This document shows positions 48,540-61,795 of a stretch of DNA of 64,000 bases, in pieces (positions within the stretch are counted from its first letter, which is position 1; each line of letters starts with the position of its first letter). Position numbers and translations under genes: made by a program. The notes beneath the pieces are model-generated. The model made no database searches. It was not told the DNA's origin and was given only the letters and a program-made list of their open reading frames with translations. This stretch comes from Camelus ferus (Eukaryota). The stretch is from positions 5,830,001 through 5,894,000 of the forward strand of contig NC_045697.1 of NCBI RefSeq assembly GCF_009834535.1. Direction: 5' to 3'.

Positions 48540-50185
48540 TTTAAATTGTGATAAAATATACAGATCAGACAACTTTCCAACATAGTCATTTACTTGTACG
48601 GTTCAGTAGGGTTAAATGCATTCATATTGTGAGTTAATTACAATTAGTCTCCAGCACTCTTCCATCTTGTAAAATGCAAAGTCTGTATTATTAAATACCT
48701 CCCCGTTTCTCCCTCACCCCAGCCCTCCGCAACCACCATTTTACTTTTTTGTCCCTATGAATTTAACTACTCTAAGGAATCTCATTTTGTGGAATCATAC
48801 AGCCTTTGTCTTCTTGGGACTGGCTTGTTTCACTTGGCATGATGTCCTCCAAGTTCATCCACGTTGTAGCGCGTGTCTTGTTTTTAAAAGCTGAATTATA
48901 GTCCATTGTATGGATATACCACCCTTTGTTTATCCATTCGTCCATCGATGGACACTAGGATTGCTTCCACCTTTTGGCTGTTGTGAATAATGCTGCCATG
49001 AATGCGGGTGCACAGATAGCCCTTTGTGTCCCCTTTTGTGTATAAACCCAGATATGGAATTGCTGGACCATGGGGAGTTACTGATTTTAATATTTTGAGA
49101 AACTGCCATACTGTTTTCCACAGTGGCCACACCATTTTACATTCCCATCAAGAGTAAAGGTTTCCAATTTCTCCACATCCTGGGCAACATTTGTTATCTT
49201 CCTTCCTTCCTTCCTTCCCTCCCTGCCCCCCACCACCCGCCTTCCCTTGTTTGAGCAGTGGCCATCCCACCGCATGTGAGGCAGCATCTCTGTGATTTTC
49301 CTTTCCCTAATTAGGGATGTTGAGCATCTTTTCATGTGTTAATTATCCATTTCCATATGTTCTCTGGAAAAATATCTATTCAAGTCCTTTGCCCATTTTT
49401 TGCAAAAAACTTTTTTGGTTAAATTGTAGTTCTTTATAGACTCTGGATATTAACATCTTATTAGATATATGATTGGAAAATATTTTGTCCTGTTGTGTGG
49501 GTCAATACTATTCTCTGATACACAATTTTTTTTTTCATTTGATGTAGCCCAGTTTACCTATTTTTTACGTTTGTGGCTTGTGCTTTTGGTGTCAAATCCA
49601 ACAAATCATTGCCAAATCCAACATTGTAAAGCTTTCCCCTTATGTTTTCTTCTAAGAGTTTTATAGTTTTAGGTTTTACATTGAAGTCCTTGACTCCTTT
49701 TGAGTTAATTTTTGAATATACTGTAAAGTAAGGGTCCAGCTTCATTTTTAAAAAGTAAATTTTATTTCATTAAAATTTTTTTATATTAAGACAAATGTAT
49801 GTATATGCATGACTGGGACATTGTGCTGTACAACAGGAATTGACACATTGTAATTGATTGGACTTCAATTAAAAAATTAAAAAAAAATTTTTTTAAATAG
49901 AGCTACTGGGGATTGTATCCAGGACCTCACATATGCTCTACTGCTGAGCTGTACCCCCACCTGCATTTTGTTTTTTTTAATGGAGGTACTGAGGCTTGAA
50001 CCCAGGACTTTGTGCATGCTAAGCATGCACTTTACTGCTGAGCTCCGCCCCTATCCCTCTAGCTTCATTATTTTACATATGGATACCCAGTTTCCCAGCA
50101 CTGGTTGTTGAAACAAATATCCTTTCCCCATTGAAATGTCTTGGCACTCTGGTCAAAAATCATTTGACCCTACGTGTGAGGATTT
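48540..50185 (-). mobile_element. Old L1 antisense fragment interrupted by a SINE/L1 cluster
   Basis: Minus strand encodes L1 ORF2-like peptides (VWPLWKTVWQFLK; KLDPYFTVYSKINSKGVKDFNVKPKTIKLLEENI); resumes after 50060. Confidence 0.85.
49888..50058 (-). mobile_element. Two head-to-tail tRNA-derived (Vic-1-like) SINE units
   Basis: Minus strand: GGAGCTCAGCAGTAAAGTGCATGCTTAGCATGCACAAAGTCCTGGGTTCAAG...CCTCCA, A-run, then GGGGGTACAGCTCAGCAGTAGAGCATATGTGAGGTCCTGGATACAATCCCCAGTA, A-run; outer TSD agcttcatt at 49738 and 50061. Confidence 0.8.
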
Positions 50186-50266
50186 AATATAATTTATTTT
50201 GAAATGATATCAGTGCATGGTAACACTTACATGTGTGTGTTTCTAACACCCATTCCCCTAATTTAG

Positions 50267-50403
50267 GTAGCATCACATTGTTTGCAGCCATTACCATCAT
50301 CCTGGGATGCCTTAAAATTGGGTACTTCGTTGGATTTTCTGAATGTTTATCAGCCACTGAAGGAGTTTTCCCTGTCACACATGCAGTCCACACTCTGTTG
50401 CAG
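50267..50403 (+). CDS. OTOP1: OTOP1 exon 2 (137 nt, phase 1-0)
   Basis: atttag|GT AGC ATC... = (G)SITLFAAITIILGCLKIGYFVGFSECLSATEGVFPVTHAVHTLLQ; donor CAG|gtaaac. Confidence 0.96.
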
Positions 50404-52279
50404 GTAAACCACGTGGTCTTTGCTTATGTTGCCTTGGTTTCTGTTAAGCGTATCCCAGGGTATGCAAAACAGGATACTTGGCGGGGCAGTGTGAGGCGAG
50501 GCTCAGTCCTTTTAGCTTCCTCCGCTGTAAAATGGGACTGCGTGTCCTCTTGGCCATTTTAAGGGGAATCTTATGAAGCAGAACTTACACTGATGAAGAG
50601 TCGGGAAATTCTGCCAAGTCAGAGGCAAACAGAAAAGGCTTGGGGGAATTTAATCGACGGTTTTATTGAGATAAAATTCACCTGCCATACAATTTACTCA
50701 TTTAAAAGTGTACAATTCAGCGGGTTAGTATTTCATAGGGTTGTGCAATCCTCACCACGATCAATTTTAGAACATTGTCATCACCCCTAAGAGACTTTGT
50801 GAGCCATTACAGTCCTGCCTCTGAGTCATTGAAACACTTCTTTTTGTTTGCCTACTTGTGGATTAAAATCTTTAGAAATGTGTGAGAGGTTCTTTCTCAG
50901 CATTGGTCAACATGGTTTGGCTAAAAAGTGAGGATTTGATATATAATTTAAATCTATAGCTTAGAATCAGAAAAATCTCATGTTTGAAAAAAAATCTTAG
51001 ATGGGCCTCCAGTGTAGTTTCCAGAAATCCCTGGAGATGGCACTCAGAGTTGAGATAATAATAAAGGAAATACTTAGTACTTCTCTAGGACTTTAGAATA
51101 GGCAAAGTGCTTTTCATTCATCACTTCGTGTAAGGCTCCCAGCAACTCCACAGGAACAGCTGTTGGATTGTCACACACAATCCTAAGGAAGAAGTTGGAG
51201 GTCAGAGAGGACAAATGACTTGCCCAAGGTCACAGTCAAGACACAGTTCCTCTCCATGCAAGTCACCCCGGAAGACCATGGACTTGGTCCAGTGGTACTG
51301 CTATTGCTCAAAATATTTCTGGATTCTCAGTTTGGGAACGTCCTTCAGGACCTATTTCTCATCTCCAAACACCAACGATGCCATTTTTAACCTCTGTCCT
51401 TTATAAAAAGTGGTCTCCACTCTGTGTACCTCTGTACAGGTGACTGCCTGTCGGGTCTTGGTGACTTTAGGGTGCTTCTTGAGGTCAAACACATTCTCGC
51501 AAGTGGAGCTCCTTGGGGGCTGTGCCAGGTGGGCTTGCATCATCTGGCCTCTGTGGGAGCCCTGGTGGAACTGGGCAGCAGCTTCCAGGGAGACTGGTTT
51601 GAAGGGGTCACCTTGCATTCTGAGAGTTGTTACAGGCTGAATGGGGTCCCCCGCATTCATATGTTGAAGTGCTAACCTCCAGGACCTCAGAATGTGACTG
51701 CGTTTGGAGACAGGGTCTTGACAGAGAGAATTAAGGCTAAATGAGAAGACATGTGAGCTGTTGGGGGCTGTAAGCTGGGATGGACTGGAGCCATGGTTTA
51801 GTGTAGCACTTATAAGCATGAACTCTGGTCAGACGACCTGGCTCCAGCTCATACCAGCAGTGTGACCTTGGGCAAATTACTTAACCTCTCTGGGCCTCAT
51901 CGGGTCTCATCTGTAAAGCACCTCCTCTGTGGGGTTGTTGTGAGGATGAAGGCGCTGATGTGTTTGAAGCATTTTGCAGTGAGTGCTTTGTCTAGACTGA
52001 CAGCCGCCTAGGAGCTTCAACTTTACCTTGAGGGCAATGGGGAGCCATTGAAGGCTCCAGGCAGAAGAATGGCCTGAACAGATTTGAGTTTTCAGAATAT
52101 CACTCCGTTGCTTGGTGCGCTGGCGATCTCTTTTCTTCTTAATTTAAGGCATTGTATCAATCAGTCAGTCAGTCAATCAATCCATCTTTCTATACCTATT
52201 GGACACGCCCTACATGCATTTGCTACATTCAATGATGGGAAAGTGAAAAATATTATTTTTTAGAAATAGATTTATTTTT

Positions 52280-52830
52280 AGATTGTGGTAAAATACACAT
52301 AACATTTGCCATCTTAGCCATTTTTAAGTGTACGTTTCAGTAGAGCTAAGTATAGTTACATTGTCGTGTAACTTCTGGAACACTTTCATTTTGCAAAAAA
52401 TCAAATTCTGTGCCCATTCAACACTAACTCCTGATTCCTACCACCGCCAGCTCCTGGCAACCATCATTCAACTTTCTGTCTCTATGAATTTGACTACTTT
52501 CTGTCCCTGAATCAGACAAGTGGAATCATACAGGATTCGTCCTTCTGTGATGGGCCTGTTTCACTCAACATCATGTCCTCAGGGTTCATTCACATTGTAA
52601 CAGGTGTCAGAATTTCCTTCCTTTTTTAAGGCTGAATACTCTTCCATTGTATTGATGGACCATATTTTGTTTATTCATCCATTGATGAATATGCGGGTTG
52701 CTTCCATCTTTTGGCCATTGTGAATAGCGTTGTCATGAACATGGGGGTACAAATACCTTTTTGAGACCCTGCTTTCAATTCTTTTGGCTATATACCCAGA
52801 AGTGAGATTGCTGGATTATATGGTAATTTA
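52280..52830 (-). mobile_element. Old L1 (L1M-type) 3' region, antisense
   Basis: attgtggtaaaatacacataacatttgccatcttagccatttttaagtgtac...ttttaaggctgaata...cccagaagtgagattgctgga. Confidence 0.8.
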
Positions 52831-53190
52831 AAAATATAGTATATCTTTACTGAAAAAAGTGAAAAAGAGACTAAGAATTCATCTGTAAGTCCATCAACTG
52901 AAATATTTGTTGTTTTTATGTGTTCCTTTCATTCTTTGTACTCAAGTGTACATTCTTGTCAATATTTTACATGCAAGGTGCAGAATTTTCTGTTTAGAGT
53001 TTTACACTTTAAAAATAATAAACTTTTTTTGTGTTGCTATGTAGTCTTTATAAAAGTGTTAGTTAAGTAGCCATCTAACTTAGAATTCATGGATAAATAC
53101 TAATTTGCTCCACTGTTTCCATATTGGTAGGCTAAATGTCATCTTTATCAGAAGTCACTGCTACCTGTTTTGTAAATTGTTGGATGTTTC

Positions 53191-54045
53191 TTCCTAATTA
53201 TTAGAGAAATGCCAATGAAAATCACAATGAGGTATCACCTTGCATTGATCAGAATGACCATCATCAAAACGTCTACAAACAATAAATGCTGGAGAGGGTG
53301 TGCAGCGAAGGGAACCCTCCTATATTATTAGTGGGAATGTAAACTGGTGCAGCCGTTATGGAAAACAGTACGAAATTTCCTTAAAAAACTAAAAATAAGG
53401 CTACCATATGATCCAACAAGTCCATTCCTGGGCATATATCCAGAAAAGGTGAAAACTCTAATTTCAAAAGATATATGCACCCCAAATGTTCATAGAGTAC
53501 TAGTTATAAGAGCCAAGATGTGGAAGCAACCCAAGTGTTCATCAATAGATGAATGGATAAAGAAGAGGTGAGATATGTATATATAATGAAATATTACTCA
53601 GCCATAAAAAAGAATGAAATACTGCCATTTGTGGCAACATGCATGGACCTTGAGATTATCATATCAAGTGAATTAAGAAAGAGAAAGACAAACATTATAT
53701 GGTATCACTTATATGTGGAATCTAAAAAGAATGATACAAATGAATTGTATATAAAACAGAAACAGACTCACAGACATAGAAAACAAACTTATGGTTACCA
53801 TGATGCAAGGCAGGTGGGGGAGGGATAAATTAGGAATATGGGATTAACAGATACAAACCACCATACATAAAATAGGTTAACAACAGGGATTTACTGTAGA
53901 GGACAGGGAACTATGTTCAGTATCATGTAATAACCTATAATGGAAAATAATCTGGAAACAAATAACCAAGTCACTTTGCTGTACACCTGAAACTAACACA
54001 ATATTGTAATTCAGCTATACTTTAATTTTTAAAAAAAGTTTAAAA
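53191..54045 (+). mobile_element. 5'-truncated L1 (ORF2 C-terminus plus 3' UTR)
   Basis: Encodes [31 protein letters not shown]...WKQPKCSSIDEWIKK; A-rich tail; degenerate 17-bp TSD aaattg(ttg/cca)gatgtttc at 53174 and 54046. Confidence 0.9.
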
Positions 54046-55203
54046 AAATTGCCAGATGTTTCAAGAATCTTGCCCTGAAAGTGTCTTTCAGGGCAGGAGA
54101 GTAGATCTAAGGTAAAACAATGTGGAGGAGAGGGGATGTGTAAGTGCTTTTTGTGGAGTGTTGTCTGATTTTCTTTGTATAGCACTTAATTGCAGAATGA
54201 AGGCAACTGTACGAAGTGCTCAGCTCTGTTTGGCACATAGTAGGTGCTCAACACATTTTTGTGTCTAACTAAGGCCCCAAATGCTTTAGGAGCTCAGATG
54301 GTGCCTAGGGCATCAGGGGTGCTCATCCGATGTCCGCAAATGAGTAAACTGACAGGTGAGAGATTTACTGAAAATGTTCCCACTCCACGCGCTGTTCCAA
54401 GTAGTTGACACGATTTATCATATTTCACTTTTCACAACACCCTCCAAGGTAGCTTCCATATCATCCCCATTTCACAGGTGGGAAAACAGACTTACCCAGG
54501 ATGAAGGGAGCTAGGATTTGCACACAGGTCCGATACCGCCCCCGTTGTGTTCAGCCCCCATCGTGAGTTGCTTCTGGTGACCCTGTGGCTGGGGGACTGT
54601 GAAATAAGACTGTGTAGCACAGGAAACTACATTCAATAGCTTGTAATAACCTATAATGAGAAAGAATACGCGAAAGAATATATATGTATAACTGAATCAC
54701 TATGTTATATACCAGAAACTAACACAACATTGTAAATTGCTTCAATTAAAAATAAAACCCATCATGAATCAGTTCTGTTCTTCATTTAAAGCACTTGAAA
54801 TTTGGTTTCTGGCCACTGGCATAGTACCTGTTTAGTGGGTCTTTCTTGAATGAAGCCCAACATGGGTGATATGAACAGGTGAACAGGGGTTGTGACAGGT
54901 GGGCTGCCCCTCCCCAAACCCTGCCCATGGCAGACACCCGCATCGATCACAGCACCACTTCCTCCGACACAGGAGGCCTCCGTCTGATTCTCACAGCAGT
55001 GTCCCTGGAGCGCTGTCTCCCCCGGGAACGGCACTGCCAGCTGAGCTGAGGATAGTGACCTGCTGTTTTGGGGGCTGGAGGTCACTGACGTTCCCGATGT
55101 GTCCTACACCCTTCCCTTAAGTCTTGTAGCATCCCAAGTGTGTAAGTACAGTGATGGTTTTCCTCCTGATGCATCGTTCTTTTCTTCCTTTATTTTCATC
55201 TAG

Positions 55204-55262
55204 GTGTATTTTCTCTGGGGGCATGCAAAGGATATCATCCAATCTTTCAAAACACTGGAAAG
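55204..55262 (+). CDS. OTOP1: OTOP1 exon 3 (59 nt, phase 0-2)
   Basis: ttttcatctag|GTG TAT TTT... = VYFLWGHAKDIIQSFKTLE(R); donor AAG|gtaaaa. Confidence 0.95.
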
Positions 55263-56704
55263 GTAAAACTTGTGGGTAATTGCTTTCTGTGTTGAATTTT
55301 GTGTTCATTTAGAATGAACAGAACTCATCACTGCCACCTTGCTTGGGTTTTAAATATGGGACCAACTCTCCTCTCCATCCTGACAAGCAAAACCTTTAGT
55401 CGTGGCCAGGGGAGGGGACCCTCCGCCTTCCGTCTCTTCCAGGACAGCCCTGGAAGTAGAGTGATGTGGGTTGAATGTCAACTCTGCTCTCTTAGACATC
55501 TCCCCCTTTATAAGCCTCGGTTTTCCTCCTCTGCAAAATGGGGATAATAGCATTGTCAACCTCTGGGGACTGAAGGAACTCATTGGTGTGAAGCTTGTGC
55601 CTGGCATGGAACAAGGACGAAGTAAGTGTGGGGTCTGTTATTACCTCTGTCCAACCTCTCTCTCGATGATTGTGAGGATCAAGGAAGAGAACCTGCAGGA
55701 TAATGGAGTGAGTTACCTAAATGCAAGGATTGTTATTGTGTAAGGAGCTCTGTGTGCTCACATACAGAGGAAGCAAGTCATCAGTACTGGCTTTATAGAA
55801 AGATGCCTCATGGTAGAAACGGTCAATGAGGAACAGAAAACTCCCCCAGGACCATCTGAAATGAAAACTAATATTTAAAAGATTGTATACAACCACCAGC
55901 TGGAACTATTTTAATAGAGTATTGAACTAGAAATAACTTTCACCAAACTTATTATGCAAAAAGGATCAGCTTCAATGAGAAGTGAAGCATCTCTTGAGCT
56001 CTTGCTGTGTGCAGAGCCTGCTGCCTGGTGATGTGCAGTGGTAATGGGCTGAGGTATCCCGAGCATCATCCTGGGAGTGTGCAGACTGCGGTCTCGCCCG
56101 TGCGGCCCAAGCCTTTGCCCTGGGCTTCAACCCCAGTCTTAACTTGAGAAGCCACGCCTCCTGGCAGAGGAGGGGCAGGATGTGGGCGCCAATTCTTCTG
56201 CCCCTAGGGGAGAGAAATGGACAAATGGGGTCTAATGGACAAGTCAGGGACAAATGAAGTCCAGGCCCCAAGGATATAGCAAAGGCAGCTTAACTTGTCC
56301 CTTAGAGCAGGACAAAGACTTCCACATCCGTCCTCACATTTAATCTGGGCTCTGTCAGGGTGACTATGGTAACTATGCTTCTCTGCGTTAAATGGTGTGG
56401 CAGTGGGTTCCAGCAGGTTAGGGAACTTACCTGGGTCTCCAGAGTACAAGTGGCCAGCCCGGAATTTCCATCCAATTTCTCCCATTTCATGTGCTGGGCA
56501 GCGAGGAGTATGTGTGTGTTGCTTACCCCTCCTTCCATCAGTGAGGCTGGGCTCTTCTCGCAGCTTGGAGAGAACTTACTGATTTTGTTCTGGGACATGG
56601 GCTTTGCTTCATCTACTCCAGAGACATTCTTTAAAAAATGTACTTTTTTCCCCTGATAAAACTTGTAAGGATATAATAGAATTTAAAAATCACCATAATG
56701 CCAT

Positions 56705-57068
56705 TGTTATGGACTGAATGTTTGTGTCTGCCCCTAAATGCGTATGTTGAAGCCCTAACCTCCAATGTGATGGTATTAGGTGGTGCCTTTGGGAAGTGAT
56801 AGGTCATGAGGTCATGAGGGTGCAGCCCCTACAATAGCATTAGTGCCCTTAGATTAGAAGAGGAAGAGACACGAGAGCTCTCTCTCTCTCCGAGAGCACC
56901 CAGAGGAAAGGCCATGTGAGGACACAGTGACAGGCAGCCGCCTGCCAGCCACGAAGAGAAGCATCACCAGAAATCAACTCTGCGTGCACCTGGATCTTGG
57001 ACTTTGAGCCTCTGGAACTGTGAGAAATAAACACCTGTTGTTTTATTCTAGCAGCCAGAGCTGAGACA
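56705..57068 (+). mobile_element. MLT1A-type MaLR solo LTR
   Basis: TGttatggactgaatgtttgtgtc...tatgttgaagccctaacc...aaggccatgtgaggacacag...cctctggaactgtgagaaataaa...gagaCA. Confidence 0.88.
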
Positions 57069-57301
57069 GCTGCCACCCAGCGGTAACTAGTTACATTGTG
57101 GTCTGTTTCTTTCCAGTCTTTTTTTGTGACTAGAGATATATTTTTTCTTTTTCCTTTTTACAGTTGTGGTCCTGCTCTTCTTGCTCTGTTTTCCCTTTTC
57201 CTTTTGTTGTTAACATCTCCCTCGTTGGTCTTTTTCTACACCGTGATCTTTGCTGGTTGCACATTTTGCCATTGCTGTGGTTTATGGAACTGGTACCTTG
57301 T

Positions 57302-58173
57302 TGTGTTAGTCAGCTCGGGCCGCACGCTGGGGGACTTAACAACAAAAACTTATCTTCTCACAGTTCCAGAGGCTCCAAGTTCCAGGTCAAAGTGCCAGCA
57401 GGTTGGTTTCTGGTGAGGCTGTCTCTGGGCAGAGTGAGAGAGCTCTCTGGTGTCTCTTCCTCCTCTTAGAAGAACGCCAGTCCTACTGGATCAGGGCCCC
57501 ACCCTTATGACCTCATTTAACCTTTATACCCATTTATACCCTAAATGTCTCTAAGTACAGTTGTTACCCCAAAGGGGGAAGGAAAAAGATCCCAGTTCTT
57601 GTCTTACTGGAAAGACAAGAATTCAGGTGGGAGATGGGAGCATTGTGTAGCGAAAGACTTTAAAGGGTTTATTAGCAAAGGGCAAGTACCCCTCCAAGAA
57701 CAGGAGGCGGGCTGATCCAGGGGCAGGTGGCAGTGGTCTTTGTTTGCCCCCTTCTCTTATACCCTTGCTTAGAGGTGGTCTCTTGATTGATTGACAGCTC
57801 TTGCCCCTGGAGTGCTTGGTCATGCTCGTCCCGTTTTGTGCAGGTTCTGACCCATGATGCACATAGGAAAGCCCATGGAGGAGCCTAAACCGCCATGCTA
57901 ATTACATTACAAAGGGCACTGGGTCCCGTCCAGTTAGGTCCCTGTCACTGCTGTGCAGTTGCTGCCCTCGGGTTCTAACCGGTTGCTTGCTGGCGCTCAT
58001 TTGGAGGAAGTAAAGCCCCTTTATGCCGCAGCAGGCAAACCGCCATCTTCCGGACCATGCTCCCCCTCCCGCACCTTAGCTGCCCGTGCCCCGCTTATCT
58101 AACTACCCGACACAGTCACACTGGGGGTGGGTCTTCAGCATGTAAGTTCTGAGGGGACACATCCAGTCCATAC
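57302..58173 (-). mobile_element. MLT1-type LTR (antisense) interrupted by a younger solo LTR
   Basis: tctcacagttccagaggc...ggttggtttctggtgagg...gggccccacccttatgacctcatttaacc then, after the insert, cagtcacactgggggt...ggggacacatccagtccata. Confidence 0.8.
57562..58112 (-). mobile_element. Solo ERV LTR (551 bp, class I-like)
   Basis: TG...CA termini; exact 4-bp TSD cagt at 57558-57561 and 58113-58116; minus-strand TATAAG (57756-57761) and AATAAA (57668-57673). Confidence 0.85.
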
Positions 58174-58745
58174 ACCTCTTGTTGGACATCTAATTTGTCT
58201 GAAAGCTTTTGTTGTTGTTATAAATTGTGCTCTAATGAACATTTTTCAATGAACAATATTTTTGGACAGCTCTGATTACTTTCTTAGCTTAAACCCCTAC
58301 AAGCAGAGTTGCTGGCATCAAGGGTGAGATGTTTTCAACAAATGCAGATTGGGCAGCCTGTCGTCCCCAGGAACTCCTGGCTGAGTCTGTGGGCTTTCCC
58401 GTTCATAACGCATTTTCTTTTACATGTATTACTCATGAGAACCTCTCTAACCCTGTCAGTTAGAGACAGTAGGTATGATCGTGATTCCACTTAGCAGAGG
58501 AGGAAACTGAGGAATGAAGCAAAGGTCCACGGTCAGGCAGCTCACTTGGGCATCACTGGATGGGACCTGAATGTTGACTTTAAATCCACGGCTATTTCCA
58601 TGGCATCGCAGCAGCTGAGGTGGCCAGCGGGGTTTGCTGGGTGAAGTCTTTCTCTTTGCTTTAGTCACTATTCAATCAGAGCCTCAAGGACACTTGGGCC
58701 CATTTCCCTCTATGCAGAAAAGGGTCTTCGGCTTGCTTTCTAGGT

Positions 58746-59083
58746 CTGTGCTATCCGATATAGCAGCCGCCAGCCACACGTGGCTATGGAGCACTTGAAC
58801 TGTGGCTGGTTTGCACTGAGATGTGCCATGAGTGTACATGACACACCGGGTTTTGGAGATTAAAATAAAAAACAGAATGTAAAATATCTCAGTGATGACT
58901 GTTTTAGTATTGATTCTATGTTGACATGGTGGTATGTTAGATATAGTGGGTTTAACAAAATATGATTAAAATTGTTTTTTCCTGTTCCTTTTTGCTATTC
59001 TTTTACTGTGGCTACTAGGAAACGGAAAATGACTTATGTGGCTTGCATCAGTGTCTTGCATTATCTTTTTTTGGACAGTGCTG
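58746..59083. mobile_element. MER33-like hAT-Charlie MITE
   Basis: Degenerate TIRs ctgtgctatccga / ttggacagtgctg; internal agccacacgtggcta..gagcacttgaa..gtggct motif; about 340 bp. Confidence 0.8.
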
Positions 59084-61542
59084 CCCTAAGCCACGTACCT
59101 AGACATTTCCCATGAGAACTTTTCATCTGAGGGAACCCTGAAGGACTGGGACACAGTCCTGCCTTGACCTTGCTTCTTGAGTGACTGGAGACAAGTCACT
59201 TTCTTGTCTCTGGGCCTCTTTCCTAAACTGGACAGTGAGTGGTTTGAACCTGCTATGCTTATAGCTTGATTTAGCTTGTTTTGATTGTCAGGCAAAGTGT
59301 TAACCATTTTTGAGTTACTTACCTCCTTTAGGTTTTAGAATTAGACTTTTCTTAAAAAAAGAAAATGGAAGATTTGACCATCCCACATGTGTCTGGCAAC
59401 AAAGAGCTAGAGTTGGAATTGTTCCCTCCAGATAGAGTCTGGCCCCTTAGTTAGCTACAGTCCCCACCACCCCCTAATGTCACCCACTTCATTCACTGAT
59501 GTTGTCTGCCAGGCCCTGGAGCTTTCAGAACTCAACACTCCTGGACTTACTCTTTTCTTTCTGGTCTTTCAAGCCAATATTCCAGTATCCATGCTTTTAG
59601 TACCTACAGGGACTTTTCTCCTGATGTGGGAAGTCCCTTTACTGGTTTGAGTCCTTTTCTTTTCTCAAGAGTGAAGTTTAGAGGAACAGCAGTTCCAAAA
59701 GGAGGGCTGGATACAAAAAGATGAGGTCAGCGATGTCTCACGAAAGCCTTCTCTTGATTGTGCTCTGGGGTTATGGGATCCAAGTAGGGGAGAGGCAGTC
59801 TGGCATGAGGAAGGGATGCCTGCCTTTAGTTAGCAGGACAGCTTCCAGCTCCAACCCACAGGAGGCTGCCAGCTCGCGGGGAGCATGCGTGGCAGAACAG
59901 GCAGCAGCTGTGGGCGGCAGCGGTCTCACCTGCCTGGGTGCAGAGGGTCTGGGATTAGATAGCTCCGTTTGGAGCAGGAAAGAGAAGAAAGGGGGAGCTG
60001 TGTGCATTATAAGTAAAAGAAAAGCCAGCTGGCCTGAGGCAAACAGCATTGTCTGCGTTTGTCAAAGGCTCTATACAATGCCTCCCCGATGCCCGAGGGG
60101 GAGGCTGGCCACGGTCTATAGTAACTGGGCAAGCGCCAGGCGCAAGAAGACGGGTAAGCGCCTAACTCAGACCCGCCCCCGCCACAGGTGACCGTTTCCT
60201 CCTCCACTTGTGCCTGGACATTGGGAAGCGGCCAAAGGAAGCTAGAATTCAAACGAGGAAAGGCTTTGCCTGCGGGTGCTCATGGGAGCCCCAGAGGAGT
60301 CTTCTGGGATTGAAATCCAGAGGAGAGGCAGGGTCAGGGTTGAGTACCCAGCTGCACCATTTTCCCTTAGGCAGGTGGTGGACAAGTGTGTCCTGGTTGC
60401 AGCCTCCGGCCTCTGCTTTCCAACTGGAAAGCGATCAGTTACACACAAGTTTCAAGGAATGCGTCTCTCAAATCACCTGCCTTTGCTGCACCTGCTCCAC
60501 GCAAGGCCCTTCGTTAAGTACCCTGGACGCTGCTGATGCGAACACGTCCTCAGCTGGCAGCCACGGGGAGACTTCGGAGGTTTGGAACAGACAGTGACCT
60601 CATTGGAACCATATCCCCCCAGATCCCGTCTCTGTTTCCCACAGTCCAGAGTCCACTCTCCACGTCATTCTTTTTCTCCTTCCTCAAGAGGCAGCGTGGC
60701 ACATACGCAGGGACAGAACCCTGGGGTCGGACTAGAACAACCTTGTTGCTTGCTAACTTTCAAACCCCAAATGTGGTTACTTATTCTGTTTGTGACTATG
60801 GCCTAACTCCCGAGCCTATCAGACTTCAGCATCTCCGCGGTGTCATCACAGAACAGGCTCTTTCTATGTTTCCACTCTGCCATCCTCAGTGGGTGAGGGT
60901 TTCAGCCCATGCTGGTTGCTTTGTGGTCACAAGGTAGCTGCCGCAACTCCAGCCTTCATGTCTACGTTCAAGGCTGGAAAAAATGGGGAGAAGCACAGTA
61001 AATAGGCTTTTCTCATTCTTACCTCTTTCATCAAGAAAGCAAAAGCTTTTCAGTAGTTCACAGCAGATTTCACCTTACTGGTCAGAATGGCCATGCCTAA
61101 CTGCAAGGAGACCAGATAGTGTGTCTCTGGTTTGTTTTGGTGTCTTCAGAAGTAACTGGTAAGACTGAGGGGGTGGATAATAATCATGCGGTTGGCCAAC
61201 CAACAGTAAGGGCGTACCCAACTCTCCAGATTCTCAGTGTAGCCCTTTCATCTTTTCTTCATCATTCTCTCCTCTTCCTTTCTGGGAGAAAGGGTTTAGG
61301 GTATGGTGGGGTTGGTAGCCTGCTTTGAGGAAACTTCCATGCCTGTATCCCTGCTTCCAAGACCCAGTACGTTTTTGTCCCATAGACAATGAGTTGAACA
61401 CTGGCAAGTTCAAGATTAAGGTCGAGTGCCAAGACTATGGTTTTGGAAGTTTCCAGAGAACTGCTTCTCCCAGGCAGGCAGGGAGGGGACCCACCCAGAG
61501 CCTGAGATGCCAGACAAAACCACAATCACGGCTAAGAAGGAG

Positions 61543-61544
<2 letters not shown>

Positions 61545-61581
<37 letters not shown>
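61545..61581. repeat. (GT)n(GC)n microsatellite
   Basis: About (GT)15 followed by gcgcgcgc, roughly 85 nt upstream of OTOP1 exon 4. Confidence 0.9.
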
Positions 61582-61664
61582 CATGTGTTTAATGTCTCTA
61601 TCTCACCCCAAGGGGCTTGGAGCTTCCCAGGGCTGCTCCAGAAATAAATCCTTGTGTTTTTCAG

Positions 61665-61795
61665 GTTTGGGGTGATCCACTCGGTGTTCACCAACCTGCT
61701 TCTGTGGGCCAACAGCGTCCTGAATGAGTCAAAGCACCAACTCAACGAGCACAAGGAACGGCTCATCACCCTGGGCTTCGGGAACATAACCATAG
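61665..61795 (+). CDS. OTOP1: OTOP1 exon 4 (131 nt, phase 2-1); gene continues beyond the window
   Basis: gtttttcag|G TTT GGG GTG... = FGVIHSVFTNLLLWANSVLNESKHQLNEHKERLITLGFGNITI; donor ATAG|gtgagt. Confidence 0.96.

Noticed and set aside
50267..50270. Alternative +4 acceptor (ttag|GTAG) at OTOP1 exon 2 as a rescue of the frameshift
   Set aside because: The premature stop (38105) lies inside exon 1, so a downstream phase change cannot rescue it.
37919..61795. Calling OTOP1 a pseudogene outright
   Set aside because: Only one lesion, in an error-prone C-homopolymer region; exons 2-4, their phases and splice sites are intact. Cannot be decided without reads.
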